This document shows positions 46,401 through 55,040 of a stretch of DNA of 64,000 nt, in pieces. The notes under the pieces were generated by a model that saw only the letters and a program-made list of their open reading frames with translations, had not been told where the DNA came from and did not search any database. How positions within the stretch are numbered: position 1 is the first letter of the stretch; each line of letters begins with the position of its first letter. A program made the translations under genes and the position numbers. The DNA comes from a virus: the IMG/VR virus record IMGVR_UViG_3300015196_000001. One strand, written 5' to 3'.

Positions 46401-47104
46401 CACTTGCTTATAACGTCGCCAAGTCGATGGGGCTAGGGCATTTTTACCCCACCACATCTGTCTTTATTCATCCAGTGACGGGTCGGCCTACTAGCGTTAT
46501 GGAGGCCGTGTCTGGAGGCCGTCACCGAGAAGGCTCCAGCAGTCAGCTGCCTGGAGCCCCCGTGCAGGAACAGCGCGACATGTTACATTTCCACGCCAAA
46601 TCGGGTGATTTACAAAAATTAGCGCTACTTGACCAAATTATGGCAAACAACGACCGACACTCTGGTAACTATATGTTTGCACATGGACAGACTCCGTCAA
46701 TTATGATGATTGATCATGGCTTCACTTTTGCTGAAGACAAGGAATCTGTTTCTAGTCCTGGATATCTTCGAGACGAAGACCCACACTGGATGAATCGCTC
46801 GATTCATCCAGAAGCATTAAAGTGGTTACTTGCACAGGATGCAGATAAATACGAAAATTTGCTTCTCGACCATGGAATGCAGGGCGAAGCTAAACCATTC
46901 GCCAATCGCCTTCGGAACCTTCAACAGGCGACAACTGGTTATGGGCCATGGGGACCTGAAATGTCCTTCGGCGCCTTGCGCGAGGGGGTTGACCCCTCTC
47001 CACCGCCTTTGTCATGGCAGTGGAGTACAAACCGTGAGGTAAACGATCATCTTCCTGGTTGGACTGAGCAGGAAGAAAATCTGCAAAGACGAATCGATTC
47101 GTAA
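43421..47104 (+). CDS. Prohead protease fused to a capsid N-arm mimic, an HhH-like domain and a PI3/4-kinase-like domain
   Basis: Likely start ATG 43421. LILSGCAASSAIDSSGE, LNYEH, YSIEG, VALTTKPCN (HK97-type prohead protease); IPDTHFLRH; IKE..SEALAY..DQIMANNDRHSGN..IDHG. Confidence 0.8.
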   Translation: MTNKIPKGLILSGCAASSAIDSSGEILDIEGADISDLEEGRGVLNYEHVNDKDKGASFNSIIGRIIFAKKLFKLGDCSTDDERKFWNQVKLPMIYIQVELFDEEGHPGAVAAAAMLRHYAARGLPMLQRYSIEGSTLEQDGQKIKKSIIRRVALTTKPCNRSCHSGILEDPKAPKGPEAEKDPLETGKAEEHPSYRKLGGSVELECDPICKMEELELDSDTLRANAYLKLQTIKKAITAGNYNAAPGSLTQGAALQVEDRNLHKARFKNQVMAVCRDYRKEDHGDLKAFLKHRLPEADPEFIDTFARLVSEYSVKKTEASDNELTKALTSPPNDVKGKTAKPEAIKAPAVIGLKSPRQLLAHLPADEPWFHDDSGTLNVPASGGKEPSPRKLHKIYIPGEEFKNLMDDPSVTVPHEHAVANWQNVNDLMTQKQTPPRVSMLASLLGFFSANEGVPVQELAVAHAMDMINGGYDPSKGPMTPEQELELRLRWSSRIPPEYEHDSMSTRPDLRIKTKKDPNFGQMKLVGLPDGKTRALNSYHRMNDRIMDLISQHGNNGRAIVGELVKDKVAYENWKKHAKGQETEYKGIAFDGIKNKILRYTTAMMGAGNIHIPDTHFLRHTFGLAHGKDNQMIKDVVWNENNAHLLNQIDKYYYAHHPAVRKTIDKFFGGVANEQAIFPAFWWHWLTIAADEKRRGLKTGSQHNDGTDHAVFFNGIHKTVQDTLHRYGIPSHTPALDKAEGVYPIPGIHHVPIENRVAYATEDLRQKYGEAAASWAMYAYMYPAIEAADRVDSLKQTAVQKTEELTIQLSYVAKLLKGDPLADQLYADLKDDFPSPSPPKKIVFRGAVVRPGEMHGIGSSVKGQKFHILGNRDGHHIVVPWDKILDFTHADLKSVRPEDVGTKFKLINPFELEPNSSSSTIISGFHGIPRYMRHPEQAALINGTDVSAPEVAKSNSGVNQYCSHWRKMGNGKLGYIKETDGKGKNQLSEAHSEALAYNVAKSMGLGHFYPTTSVFIHPVTGRPTSVMEAVSGGRHREGSSSQLPGAPVQEQRDMLHFHAKSGDLQKLALLDQIMANNDRHSGNYMFAHGQTPSIMMIDHGFTFAEDKESVSSPGYLRDEDPHWMNRSIHPEALKWLLAQDADKYENLLLDHGMQGEAKPFANRLRNLQQATTGYGPWGPEMSFGALREGVDPSPPPLSWQWSTNREVNDHLPGWTEQEENLQRRIDS

Positions 47105-47141
47105 CCGCGTCTCGGATGCCTTTTACTTAGCTTTCCAAGTT

Positions 47142-47151
47142 GCGCTATAAT
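47142..47151 (+). promoter_or_regulatory. Phage promoter motif GCGCTATAAT (GGDEF polyprotein)
   Basis: Intergenic, upstream of 47215. Confidence 0.6.
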
Positions 47152-47214
47152 TATAGGTCAGGTCACTTCTGCATCCTGTACAAGCTTTTGTTATAAATCA
47201 TTGAAGGAATAAAT

Positions 47215-50200
47215 ATGGCTGTTTCTACTTTACATGATCTTTATCGAGTTTATTTGACTACCCCGCAAGAGGACGGTAATGTAAACTATCGGCTTGCGGG
47301 TAGGTTTGCTTTGCACGGGGATCAACTAGATATTCTAGAAGACCATATGGGTGTCATTGCCAGTAACATTCACGAAGGTCACGTCAACGTGAGGACACGG
47401 CAGGCTATTGAGGCACTTAAGCATTCCGCTTATATGAAAATAGTAAGTGAACACAGCCTTAATTCAGGTGAAGACACTGACCTAATTGAGCCACTTGACG
47501 GAGGTGAAGGTCTTGCTTCCCCTGTTGTTGAGGGAACCACTATTCCTCAAGCACCAGCTGATGTATTTCACTATTACCATGCAGGTATGGAGCATCCACA
47601 GGTACTTGAAGCAATCGATGATAAGGTACTGATGAATGGTAACGAGCTTGCCCCAGATGAAATGGAACAAGTAATAGCCAACATCCAAAGCGGGAACGCC
47701 TCGCTACGTTATCCTAAAGCCCCTGTAGGAGAAAGAGTGCTCAAAATGGAACAAGCACTCGAAGAACTATCTAAAGTAGAAAAGACTATTACTCCTGCTA
47801 TGCGGGAGTTACGAGCCGCTGTTGACTCAGGGCATATTAGCCCTGAGTCGCTTAAGGTAATCACCCATCACATGTTTGTCGATGCAATGGTGCCAGGAGT
47901 AGGCAATCGTTTTGCATACCGTGACTTCCTTGCGCGTTCTAAAAAGGGCATTCATGTACGTATTGACGCCAATGACTTTGGTGGTATCAATAAAGACCAT
48001 GGCTTTGAGACAGGCGATGGAGCTATTAGAGCTTTAGGTGGCGCCCTACGTGCTTCAATGGACAATGCAGTAGGACAGAAACACGGAAAATTGTTTCGTA
48101 TCGGTGGAGACGAATTCCATGCGTTTGTTCCCAATCACGAACAGGCAGCTCGTTTCCTGAGAACAGCTCGCGAGCAGCTTGGTAGTATCCCACCTATCGG
48201 CGGAACACACAACCTCTCTTTCTCCGCTGGCATGGGTCCTTCACCATTTCATGCAGAGGCTTCTTTAATGGCAGCTAAGAGGGCCAAGAAGAGCATGGGG
48301 TACTTGTTGGGTCAAGCAAAGAACCATGTATATAGCAGCACTTCAGGTCATATTCCTATTGATACTGATAAGCCACCTTTGATCCCTCCACCACCAGAAG
48401 CAAAGGGAGTACCTGCACCTACTGTTGCTGACGTAGCTGTAGGTATGCCGCCTCCTAAGCAAGAGATCCCACTTCAGGAAGTCCAGAAAGCCGAGGGTGC
48501 TGATTTTTTAGCCCAGGTGCAGGACCAGCTGACGGACGATCTACGTAAGCCAAGATATCAGGGCAACGTAAATCCTATGGCTGGACACTGCTATGTTGCC
48601 TCAGAAGCAATGTACCATTTGTTGGGTGGAGTGCGAAGTGGCTATACACCACAGCAAATCAACCATGAAGGTGAGAGTCACTGGTATTTGCGACATAAAG
48701 AGACAGGCAAGATACTAGACCCTACTGCCAACCAGTTCGAGACACCTGTGCCATACGAGAAGGGTCGCGGAAAAGGTTTTCTTACAGCCCACCCCTCAGT
48801 ACGTGCCCGCACTGTTATCGCTGGGATCACTAAAAAACACGGTCCTCAAGTAAAAAAGGCAGAACCAGAAGACTTGAAACCACTCTCAGTGGTGAGTAGC
48901 GTGGAGAAGGTGCCTACCAAGCCAGCCAACGGTCAACCGATGTGGTACCAGGACGAGACTTCCTCGTCTCGTTTTCCCAGTCAATTTAACCCCAAACTTG
49001 CTGAGTGGAAAGAGAGCTATATTGGCGCACTCAAAGAGTATTTCGGGAAAAACCTGAAGCCGGTCAAGATCAGGGTGGCGACGGCAGTCCCCAATAACGC
49101 TATTCACAAGCCTGACCGACGCGACCTGTATAGTGAGATGATCAGGAATGGGGCACCTATCCCGCCTGTAGTAGCCAGCCCCTACGACCCGTTACAAGGT
49201 GGTCATCAAATAAAAGATGGGTCACATCGCTTAGATGCTGCACAGAGAGCCGGTTTAGAAGAGATAGATGGATATGAGATAGTTCCATCTGAGGTCCCTC
49301 CTCAGTTCAACCCCAATCTCATCGCATCGTCTCCGCAACCCGAAGTAGACCAGTACCGATTTATGCGTGATGTAGCAGGTCGTCTACCCTGGGAAGCAGG
49401 GTTCACTAAGACTGAGATTAACGAGAAGCTTGACAAGCTGTTGAGTTTGGGTGAAGATGTTGAAATGCAGAAGTCCGAGCCCAGCCCGCGCCAGTCAAAC
49501 CCTGCGCCTGCGAACATCGAAGCATATATGAATCAGGACCCCTCGGCGCGCTTTGACCACACCTCCCCAGAGCCCAAACGACCAGTTTATACGTTTGGGC
49601 CTATCGGGCATACTCGTACACTTCAACGACAAGTACCACTTTCTAATTTATATCTTGCACATCATTCGGTTAATCCGTTAAAACCAGATACTATGGATTC
49701 TTTGCAAAATGACCACCCATCTAAATACCCACCGATTTCAGTCATTATTGACGAACCGGCTGCTTGGCCTGAATGGCTTAAGCTCAACAAACAACCTCTT
49801 GATCCAGCTCATCCAAAATTATTTGTGAATGATGGTCATCATCGCATTCGCGCCGCCAATAACCAAAAAGTGTCATCTATCTTAGCGGATGTACGAGAGA
49901 AACCAACTGACAGGGCTCATTGGCGTGATGAGGATATCGTAAAGTCCGAGCCCGCCGCGCTGGAGAAGATGGCAGCTCTCGACCCGAACGCGGGCTACAC
50001 GTTCGAGTACGGCCCCTACCCGCACGGCCCGTCGTGGGCCGACCCCATGGTGCAAGTGACGGCACACCATAACGGGCAGCGGGTCGGGCACGTTACCTTC
50101 TCCGTTAATGGGAATACCATGAAGCCCTGTAACGTAGAGGTCGTCTCGGAGCATCGTCGCAAAGGCCTCGCGAGCGCTATGTATGCCCACGCGGAGAGTA

Positions 50201-50394
50201 AGGCATGGGGGCGGAAGATCGTGCCGTCTGGCATGCAGACCCCAGACGGGCAGGCTCTCTGGGCAGGCAATGAGCGAGACAAGCAATTCGGGAAGGTTGA
50301 GCCCACGAAGAAGGCGTCGTTCATTTGTCCAAAATGTCTGGCGAGGTACGCGGAGAATGGAGCCTGCAACTGCCCGCCGACGAAGAAGCTTTAA
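47215..50394 (+). CDS. Polyvalent protein: GGDEF + papain-like + two ParB-like + GNAT + zinc ribbon
   Basis: DANDFGGINKDHGFETGD..RIGGDEF; GHCY..HWY..LDPT; DGSHRL and DGHHRI; HRRKGLASAMY; CPKC..CNC. Confidence 0.8.
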   Translation: MAVSTLHDLYRVYLTTPQEDGNVNYRLAGRFALHGDQLDILEDHMGVIASNIHEGHVNVRTRQAIEALKHSAYMKIVSEHSLNSGEDTDLIEPLDGGEGLASPVVEGTTIPQAPADVFHYYHAGMEHPQVLEAIDDKVLMNGNELAPDEMEQVIANIQSGNASLRYPKAPVGERVLKMEQALEELSKVEKTITPAMRELRAAVDSGHISPESLKVITHHMFVDAMVPGVGNRFAYRDFLARSKKGIHVRIDANDFGGINKDHGFETGDGAIRALGGALRASMDNAVGQKHGKLFRIGGDEFHAFVPNHEQAARFLRTAREQLGSIPPIGGTHNLSFSAGMGPSPFHAEASLMAAKRAKKSMGYLLGQAKNHVYSSTSGHIPIDTDKPPLIPPPPEAKGVPAPTVADVAVGMPPPKQEIPLQEVQKAEGADFLAQVQDQLTDDLRKPRYQGNVNPMAGHCYVASEAMYHLLGGVRSGYTPQQINHEGESHWYLRHKETGKILDPTANQFETPVPYEKGRGKGFLTAHPSVRARTVIAGITKKHGPQVKKAEPEDLKPLSVVSSVEKVPTKPANGQPMWYQDETSSSRFPSQFNPKLAEWKESYIGALKEYFGKNLKPVKIRVATAVPNNAIHKPDRRDLYSEMIRNGAPIPPVVASPYDPLQGGHQIKDGSHRLDAAQRAGLEEIDGYEIVPSEVPPQFNPNLIASSPQPEVDQYRFMRDVAGRLPWEAGFTKTEINEKLDKLLSLGEDVEMQKSEPSPRQSNPAPANIEAYMNQDPSARFDHTSPEPKRPVYTFGPIGHTRTLQRQVPLSNLYLAHHSVNPLKPDTMDSLQNDHPSKYPPISVIIDEPAAWPEWLKLNKQPLDPAHPKLFVNDGHHRIRAANNQKVSSILADVREKPTDRAHWRDEDIVKSEPAALEKMAALDPNAGYTFEYGPYPHGPSWADPMVQVTAHHNGQRVGHVTFSVNGNTMKPCNVEVVSEHRRKGLASAMYAHAESKAWGRKIVPSGMQTPDGQALWAGNERDKQFGKVEPTKKASFICPKCLARYAENGACNCPPTKKL

Positions 50395-50491
50395 CCATAT
50401 CACCGACAACCCTGACTTCAAGCTCGACCCACAGAAAAAGTTTTTTTGAGAGCCCCTGTCAGACCGTTACAGGCCCATGCGTCTTCTGGGC

Positions 50492-50968
50492 ATGACGAAG
50501 AAAATCGACAATGTGGCCGAAGTACGAGAAGGTAACTCTTACCGGGCGTTCTCCGCTCTCCTTGAGGAGGACGGTACATTCAGTATCGTCAACCCCTGGT
50601 CCTTCCTCGACTCATCCGAGGCACGGGATATCGACGCCACCCTGGCAGCAGCTGTGGAGGGCTCTGAGGCACCGCCCTTCGACTGGATCGCTCTTTTGCC
50701 GGGTGCACTCCAGCTGCTGCCCGCTTCGTCTCCTGCGGTCTTCTGGCTGCGTACGACCGGCTACTGGCAGCAGCTGACCCGCGAAGAAGTTGCCGCCGAG
50801 GAATTGCGGCAGCGTGCCCAGTTTCGTGAGGAGGCTAAGGTCCTCCTGGAAAAAGGCGAACCCTGCACGTGGTGTGGTCGGGTAGCCAAAAACCACAATC
50901 ACGGCAAGCATATGATGCCTTTCTGTCAGATTGGGAAGTGCGAGTCGTCTTACTGGGAAGCAAGCTAA
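50492..50968 (+). CDS. Hypothetical protein
   Basis: Likely start ATG 50492; C-terminal CTWC..C..C; GC-richer than its flanks. Confidence 0.55.
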   Translation: MTKKIDNVAEVREGNSYRAFSALLEEDGTFSIVNPWSFLDSSEARDIDATLAAAVEGSEAPPFDWIALLPGALQLLPASSPAVFWLRTTGYWQQLTREEVAAEELRQRAQFREEAKVLLEKGEPCTWCGRVAKNHNHGKHMMPFCQIGKCESSYWEAS

Positions 50969-50980
50969 CCAGGAGGTTGT

Positions 50981-51145
50981 ATGAAGTGGTATGTTACGAC
51001 GCGGATCGGTCAGATGGAAATCTGGGCAGACACCAAGGAAGAGGCAATGCAGCGCTTTATGGCGTGGGTTGGTTGCACTTGTCCCACCTTGTGCAACGGG
51101 TGTAGCTGTCTGTGTGGTGGAGGTTGCGGCTGGAGCGCGTTTTAA
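50981..51145 (+). CDS. 54-aa Cys-rich peptide (not in the ORF track)
   Basis: AGGAGG RBS at 50971; MKWYVTTRIGQMEIWADTKEEAMQRFMAWVGCTCPTLCNGCSCLCGGGCGWSAF. Confidence 0.6.
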   Translation: MKWYVTTRIGQMEIWADTKEEAMQRFMAWVGCTCPTLCNGCSCLCGGGCGWSAF

Positions 51146-51438
51146 TAATCGCACCTCTTACACACCCTCTTGTGTCCGTAGAAGCCATCTATTTCGGAGA
51201 ATAGGTGGCATTTTTTGCATTGTCTAAATTCACTCCCCTCACAACACGATCTACACCAGCCTCGTGCATCTTTATAGATCCTTTTTAATTCGAGACAACT
51301 TGGACAGGTTCTCCTCCGCGAGCGGCATAGTTTACACCAGCTAGTTACATCTCGTTTTCTATCTGACCCCGCCGCCTCGTGAAAGAGGTTGCGGGGTTTT
51401 TCTGTTTGGCACTTTGAACACCTATATAGTTTTTCCAT
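51142..51438 (-). CDS. Cys-rich zinc-finger repeat protein (endonuclease VII N-terminal-like fingers)
   Basis: Likely start ATG 51438; RCSKCQTEKP..F..SWCKLC and further CxxC pairs. Confidence 0.5.
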   Translation of the reverse strand: MEKLYRCSKCQTEKPRNLFHEAAGSDRKRDVTSWCKLCRSRRRTCPSCLELKRIYKDARGWCRSCCEGSEFRQCKKCHLFSEIDGFYGHKRVCKRCDY

Positions 51439-51538
51439 ATACCATAGATTATTACCGGAATGTTGTTTCGTATTTGGAATCCTAATCATTGTTGGTGAAG
51501 GTAGATACTCTACCAAACAATTTTTAAGGAGACTCACC

Positions 51539-52030
51539 ATGGCACAAACGATCTCAGAAAGAGCATTCAACCTAGCACGTCTTATTCAGGACGAGTTCAA
51601 GGTTCGCTTTGCCGCCGACGCTTCACTTTCGATCAATGCGCTGACTTTCGACGCCTCTGGCTTTCCGGTTCTTTCAATCGGAAACGGTACCGCTGGTCAG
51701 AAGAACGCCGTTATCCGCATCAAGCAGATTCAGGATCAGGCAATTCAGGCTAGCCTTGGTCTAGTCAACTCAGTTGGCCTCGTCCAGGACAACTGGGGTC
51801 CTCACGTTACGCAAATCTGCCTCGAAGCCAACAACGCAGCCGCCGCAGGCGCAGACGTTATGGACTTTGATTCTCTTCTTCCTATCGTTGCCCGCGTTTC
51901 ACTAACCGGTACTAGGGTTGAAGTTTATCGCACCGCAAACGGCACCGCTCCCACAGTCGCCGGTATCATCTCAGCAAACCTAAAGGGAAGCTACGAAAAC
52001 CTACAGTATCCTCTAATTAGCTCGATGTAA
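51539..52030 (+). CDS. Putative head/capsid-associated structural protein
   Basis: ATG 51539 with an AAGGAG RBS; first gene of the scaffold-capsid operon; codon usage like the capsid gene. Confidence 0.6.
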   Translation: MAQTISERAFNLARLIQDEFKVRFAADASLSINALTFDASGFPVLSIGNGTAGQKNAVIRIKQIQDQAIQASLGLVNSVGLVQDNWGPHVTQICLEANNAAAAGADVMDFDSLLPIVARVSLTGTRVEVYRTANGTAPTVAGIISANLKGSYENLQYPLISSM

Positions 52031-52054
52031 TTAGAAAAATACTAGGAGATTCCG

Positions 52055-52912
52055 ATGACTTTCAAAGACAATGAACTAAAGGCACTTCTAGCCGAAGTGT
52101 CAGCTGACCTAGAAAAAGCGATGGCATCTGAAGCGAATGAGCTTCGCAAAGCCATTGGCGACGAACCCGGTGAGGAAGACCCCTCAGCAGCCCCTGATGC
52201 CTCGGCACCAGAAGGCTCTGCAACCGCAGCTGACGCAAGCCCGGCACCTGCTGACGGCTCAGCGTCTCCCGGTCCAGAGGCCTCAGCGTCTCCTGGTGGG
52301 GACATGGGTCCAGGTGATGGCTTAGACCCTGCCGCCGATGCAGCTGTAGACCCTGAGGCGCTTAAGCAGGAATACATGAAGCTAGGACCCGAAGGAATCA
52401 AGGTCCACTTTATGGCCTGCAAGGCAGCCGCAATGGAAATGGTTGGTGGTGGTGGTGACCCTGCCGGTGCACCCGCCCCGTCGCCTTCACCCGCCCCTAT
52501 GGCACCTCCTGGTCCTGGTGCAGGCCCCGGCGCTCCTGGAGTAATGAAGGATGAACGCCTAATGAGTATCCAGCCTAAGGGAAAGATTACAAATGGGCCC
52601 GACCGTCTAGCTGACATTGCTGTCACTAAGTCGGAAAAGGAAATTGACTCACTTCGTGCCCAGGTTGACCTCCTTTCAAAGGCGATCCACGAAATCGTCG
52701 GTAAGCCGATTCGCAAGGCTGTCACTGAGGTTGAATTTAATGGCAAGCCTGAACTACCGACTACTACCAAGTTACTATCTAAGTCGGAAGTAACTGCCAA
52801 GCTTAAAGTCGTAACGAGCCGTCACGATCTAGCTAAGGGCGACCGCGAGCGAATTAACCAGTACTACGATGGTCAAGTAACCATCGAAGGAATTTCGGAT
52901 CTTTTGAAATAA
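52055..52912 (+). CDS. Capsid scaffolding protein
   Basis: Acidic A/P/G/D low-complexity protein directly upstream of MCP; many xxK|A/S/G sites (LEKA, LRKA, VTKS, LSKA, IRKA, LSKS, LAKG). Confidence 0.7.
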   Translation: MTFKDNELKALLAEVSADLEKAMASEANELRKAIGDEPGEEDPSAAPDASAPEGSATAADASPAPADGSASPGPEASASPGGDMGPGDGLDPAADAAVDPEALKQEYMKLGPEGIKVHFMACKAAAMEMVGGGGDPAGAPAPSPSPAPMAPPGPGAGPGAPGVMKDERLMSIQPKGKITNGPDRLADIAVTKSEKEIDSLRAQVDLLSKAIHEIVGKPIRKAVTEVEFNGKPELPTTTKLLSKSEVTAKLKVVTSRHDLAKGDRERINQYYDGQVTIEGISDLLK

Positions 52913-52943
52913 TTAACCCCAAAAGGGTAATGGAGAGAATAAA

Positions 52944-54341
52944 ATGGCGAACACACTAGAACAGCTACAGAGCCTTGTTAAGGCACTTGCGGCGGGCAGC
53001 TACAACGCAGCCCCTTCAACCCTAACTCAAGGATCTGCACTACAGGTCGAGGATCTATCACCGGTAATGAACAATGTTACCTTCGATGATTCTCATATTA
53101 AGCTTCAGAAGATACTAAAGGTCACGCCATGCAAGTCAACACTTGCCCAGTTTGATCGTCAGCTTAGCTACGGTATCTTCGGAGGTAGTGCTCAGCTCGA
53201 AGGCGCTATCGGTCAAGAAGAGACTAGCGATTTCGTACGTGTCGTGGTTCCAATTGCGTTCTACTCTCACGTACGTAAGGTAACTCTGGTTGCCAACCTC
53301 GTCGAGACTATCGACGGTAAAAAGGCAGAAGAGCGCGCCGCAGCTGACGCCGCTAAGAAGCTAGCAGCCGATATCGAATTCGACCTCTTCCGTGGTAAGG
53401 AAGCCTTTACGAACGTAGGCGTGTTCGACGGCAACCCTCTACAGATTCCGCCTCTTCCTAACGTTCTCGGTCTAGATACCCAGATCCGTCAGTCAGATGG
53501 TCAGCGTATTGCTTCGGACCTGATGTTCGCTGAGTACGGTTCAGACGACTCAGTTGTCATTGCCGGTGGTGGTACTCTTGCCCAGACAATGATTGAAGAC
53601 TCTGCTGTCCGCTCAGCCATGAACCTCGGCAACGCAGACAAGCTCGTAGTTGACCCCAAGGTTCTTTCGGCTTACAACAAGCTTATCTTCGCCAACCAGC
53701 GTATGGTTTGGGGTGGAAGCTCACCTGTCGATGCAACTGGTGCCGATCTTCGTCGCCAGTGGGTATCTGGCGGTACCGTCAACATCGAGGCAAGCCGCTT
53801 CCTGTCCGGCAAGTCAAAGGCCGCTCCTGCACGTAGCATCGGTCCCCTTCCTCCTGTTTCGGCAGTCGGTACGCCCGGCGCAGGTTCAACTGGTCTAGCT
53901 GCCGGTGTTTACATTTACGCGGTCAGCTCATGCAATGAAATGGGCGAGTCGGTCCAGGTCGTTTCTGCCGGTGCAACCCTAACCGCTGGGCAACAGACCA
54001 GCCTAGTTATCACTCACCCCGCCTCAGGTATCGTACGTTATTTTAACGTGTACCGTACCGCAGTCGGCGGGCTCGTGACTAAGTTCATCGGACGCATTGC
54101 AATCAATACCGCAGCCGGTGCAACCACTACCACCTTCCTCGACCTTGGAAACAAGCTCCCTGGATTCGTAACTGGTTTCCTACTCGAAGGCGACACTATG
54201 GAGATTCGCGAACTAGCTCCTTATAGCCGTCTAAAATTGGCTGTGGTGGATCTCAGCCAGCCCGAGGCGCACTTTAGATTTTTGACTCTATGTGTAACTC
54301 AACCGCGCAAGAATGTTTTGATCGACAACCTGATCGGTTAA
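52944..54341 (+). CDS. Major capsid protein (SPO1/Twort-like precursor)
   Basis: Short propeptide ending LVK|ALAAG..QGSALQVEDL, analogous to the KS|FTTG..AGALRRE start of Twort-like MCPs; 465 aa; followed by a terminator. Confidence 0.85.
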   Translation: MANTLEQLQSLVKALAAGSYNAAPSTLTQGSALQVEDLSPVMNNVTFDDSHIKLQKILKVTPCKSTLAQFDRQLSYGIFGGSAQLEGAIGQEETSDFVRVVVPIAFYSHVRKVTLVANLVETIDGKKAEERAAADAAKKLAADIEFDLFRGKEAFTNVGVFDGNPLQIPPLPNVLGLDTQIRQSDGQRIASDLMFAEYGSDDSVVIAGGGTLAQTMIEDSAVRSAMNLGNADKLVVDPKVLSAYNKLIFANQRMVWGGSSPVDATGADLRRQWVSGGTVNIEASRFLSGKSKAAPARSIGPLPPVSAVGTPGAGSTGLAAGVYIYAVSSCNEMGESVQVVSAGATLTAGQQTSLVITHPASGIVRYFNVYRTAVGGLVTKFIGRIAINTAAGATTTTFLDLGNKLPGFVTGFLLEGDTMEIRELAPYSRLKLAVVDLSQPEAHFRFLTLCVTQPRKNVLIDNLIG

Positions 54342-54367
54342 CTTAATCAGGTGTAAGGTTCGACCAG

Positions 54368-54400
54368 ACCCTCCGCTCCTTCGGGATCGGGGGGTTTTAT
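54368..54400 (+). terminator. Intrinsic terminator after MCP (TTCG-loop hairpin + T tail)
   Basis: ACCCTCCGCTCC-TTCG-GGATCGGGGGGT-TTT. Confidence 0.65.
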
Positions 54401-54406
54401 ATTTTA

Positions 54407-54416
54407 GCGCTATACT
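54407..54416 (+). promoter_or_regulatory. Phage promoter motif GCGCTATACT (thyX operon)
   Basis: Immediately after the MCP terminator. Confidence 0.6.
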
Positions 54417-54436
54417 CTCAGTGAGGGTACAAGCTA

Positions 54437-54706
54437 ATGCTAATTATGTTTATCAGTACTATTTTACAAAGCTCTTCCTTTACGTTAGTGTCAAGGGCTC
54501 GTAACAGCCAGAGTATTATATATCATGCAGTGGGTGTTATTGTCAGCAGTACGATATGGTTAATGGTTATTCGTCAAGTTGTACAGCACATGGACTCTTT
54601 TTCTTTGATGGCAGCTTATGTTATCGGCTCCTCGATCGGCTCTCTTGCTTCTCATTGGCTTTTAATGAAGTTTGTAGAAAAGGCCCGTACCAATGACCCA
54701 CGCTAA
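54437..54706 (+). CDS. Small membrane protein (DUF5698-like)
   Basis: 89 aa, three hydrophobic segments; AYVIGSSIGS. Confidence 0.6.
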   Translation: MLIMFISTILQSSSFTLVSRARNSQSIIYHAVGVIVSSTIWLMVIRQVVQHMDSFSLMAAYVIGSSIGSLASHWLLMKFVEKARTNDPR

Positions 54707-55040
54707 TGTATCTGACTTCCGTTCACTTCGTAAAGGTGATAAGGTATTACTAACACACAGGCACTGTGGTGGTACAGTTCGTTACATTGACGGTGAAATG
54801 TGGTATCCTGACTCTTTCCGCTGTGGTGTATGCAGCACAGAATGGGAAGAGTCTTACATTGACATTATGCCATCCAGCGTAATGACCGAGACTTTTGAGG
54901 TGCACAATATTGAGCAAACATTTCGTCTGGAGCTGGTGGTAGGAGAAGGGGAAAGAGGCCTTACCTATTATCATTTAGTACCTGCGCTAACGTTAGACCC
55001 CACTCCTGTGAATTCTATCGACCCACTGTGGTTACTATGA
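54693..55040 (+). CDS. Hypothetical zinc-ribbon protein
   Basis: HRHCGG..CGVC. Confidence 0.55.
   Translation: MTHANVSDFRSLRKGDKVLLTHRHCGGTVRYIDGEMWYPDSFRCGVCSTEWEESYIDIMPSSVMTETFEVHNIEQTFRLELVVGEGERGLTYYHLVPALTLDPTPVNSIDPLWLL

Noticed and set aside
52042-52800. 252-aa minus-strand ORF
   Set aside because: Antisense shadow of the low-complexity scaffold gene; no motifs.
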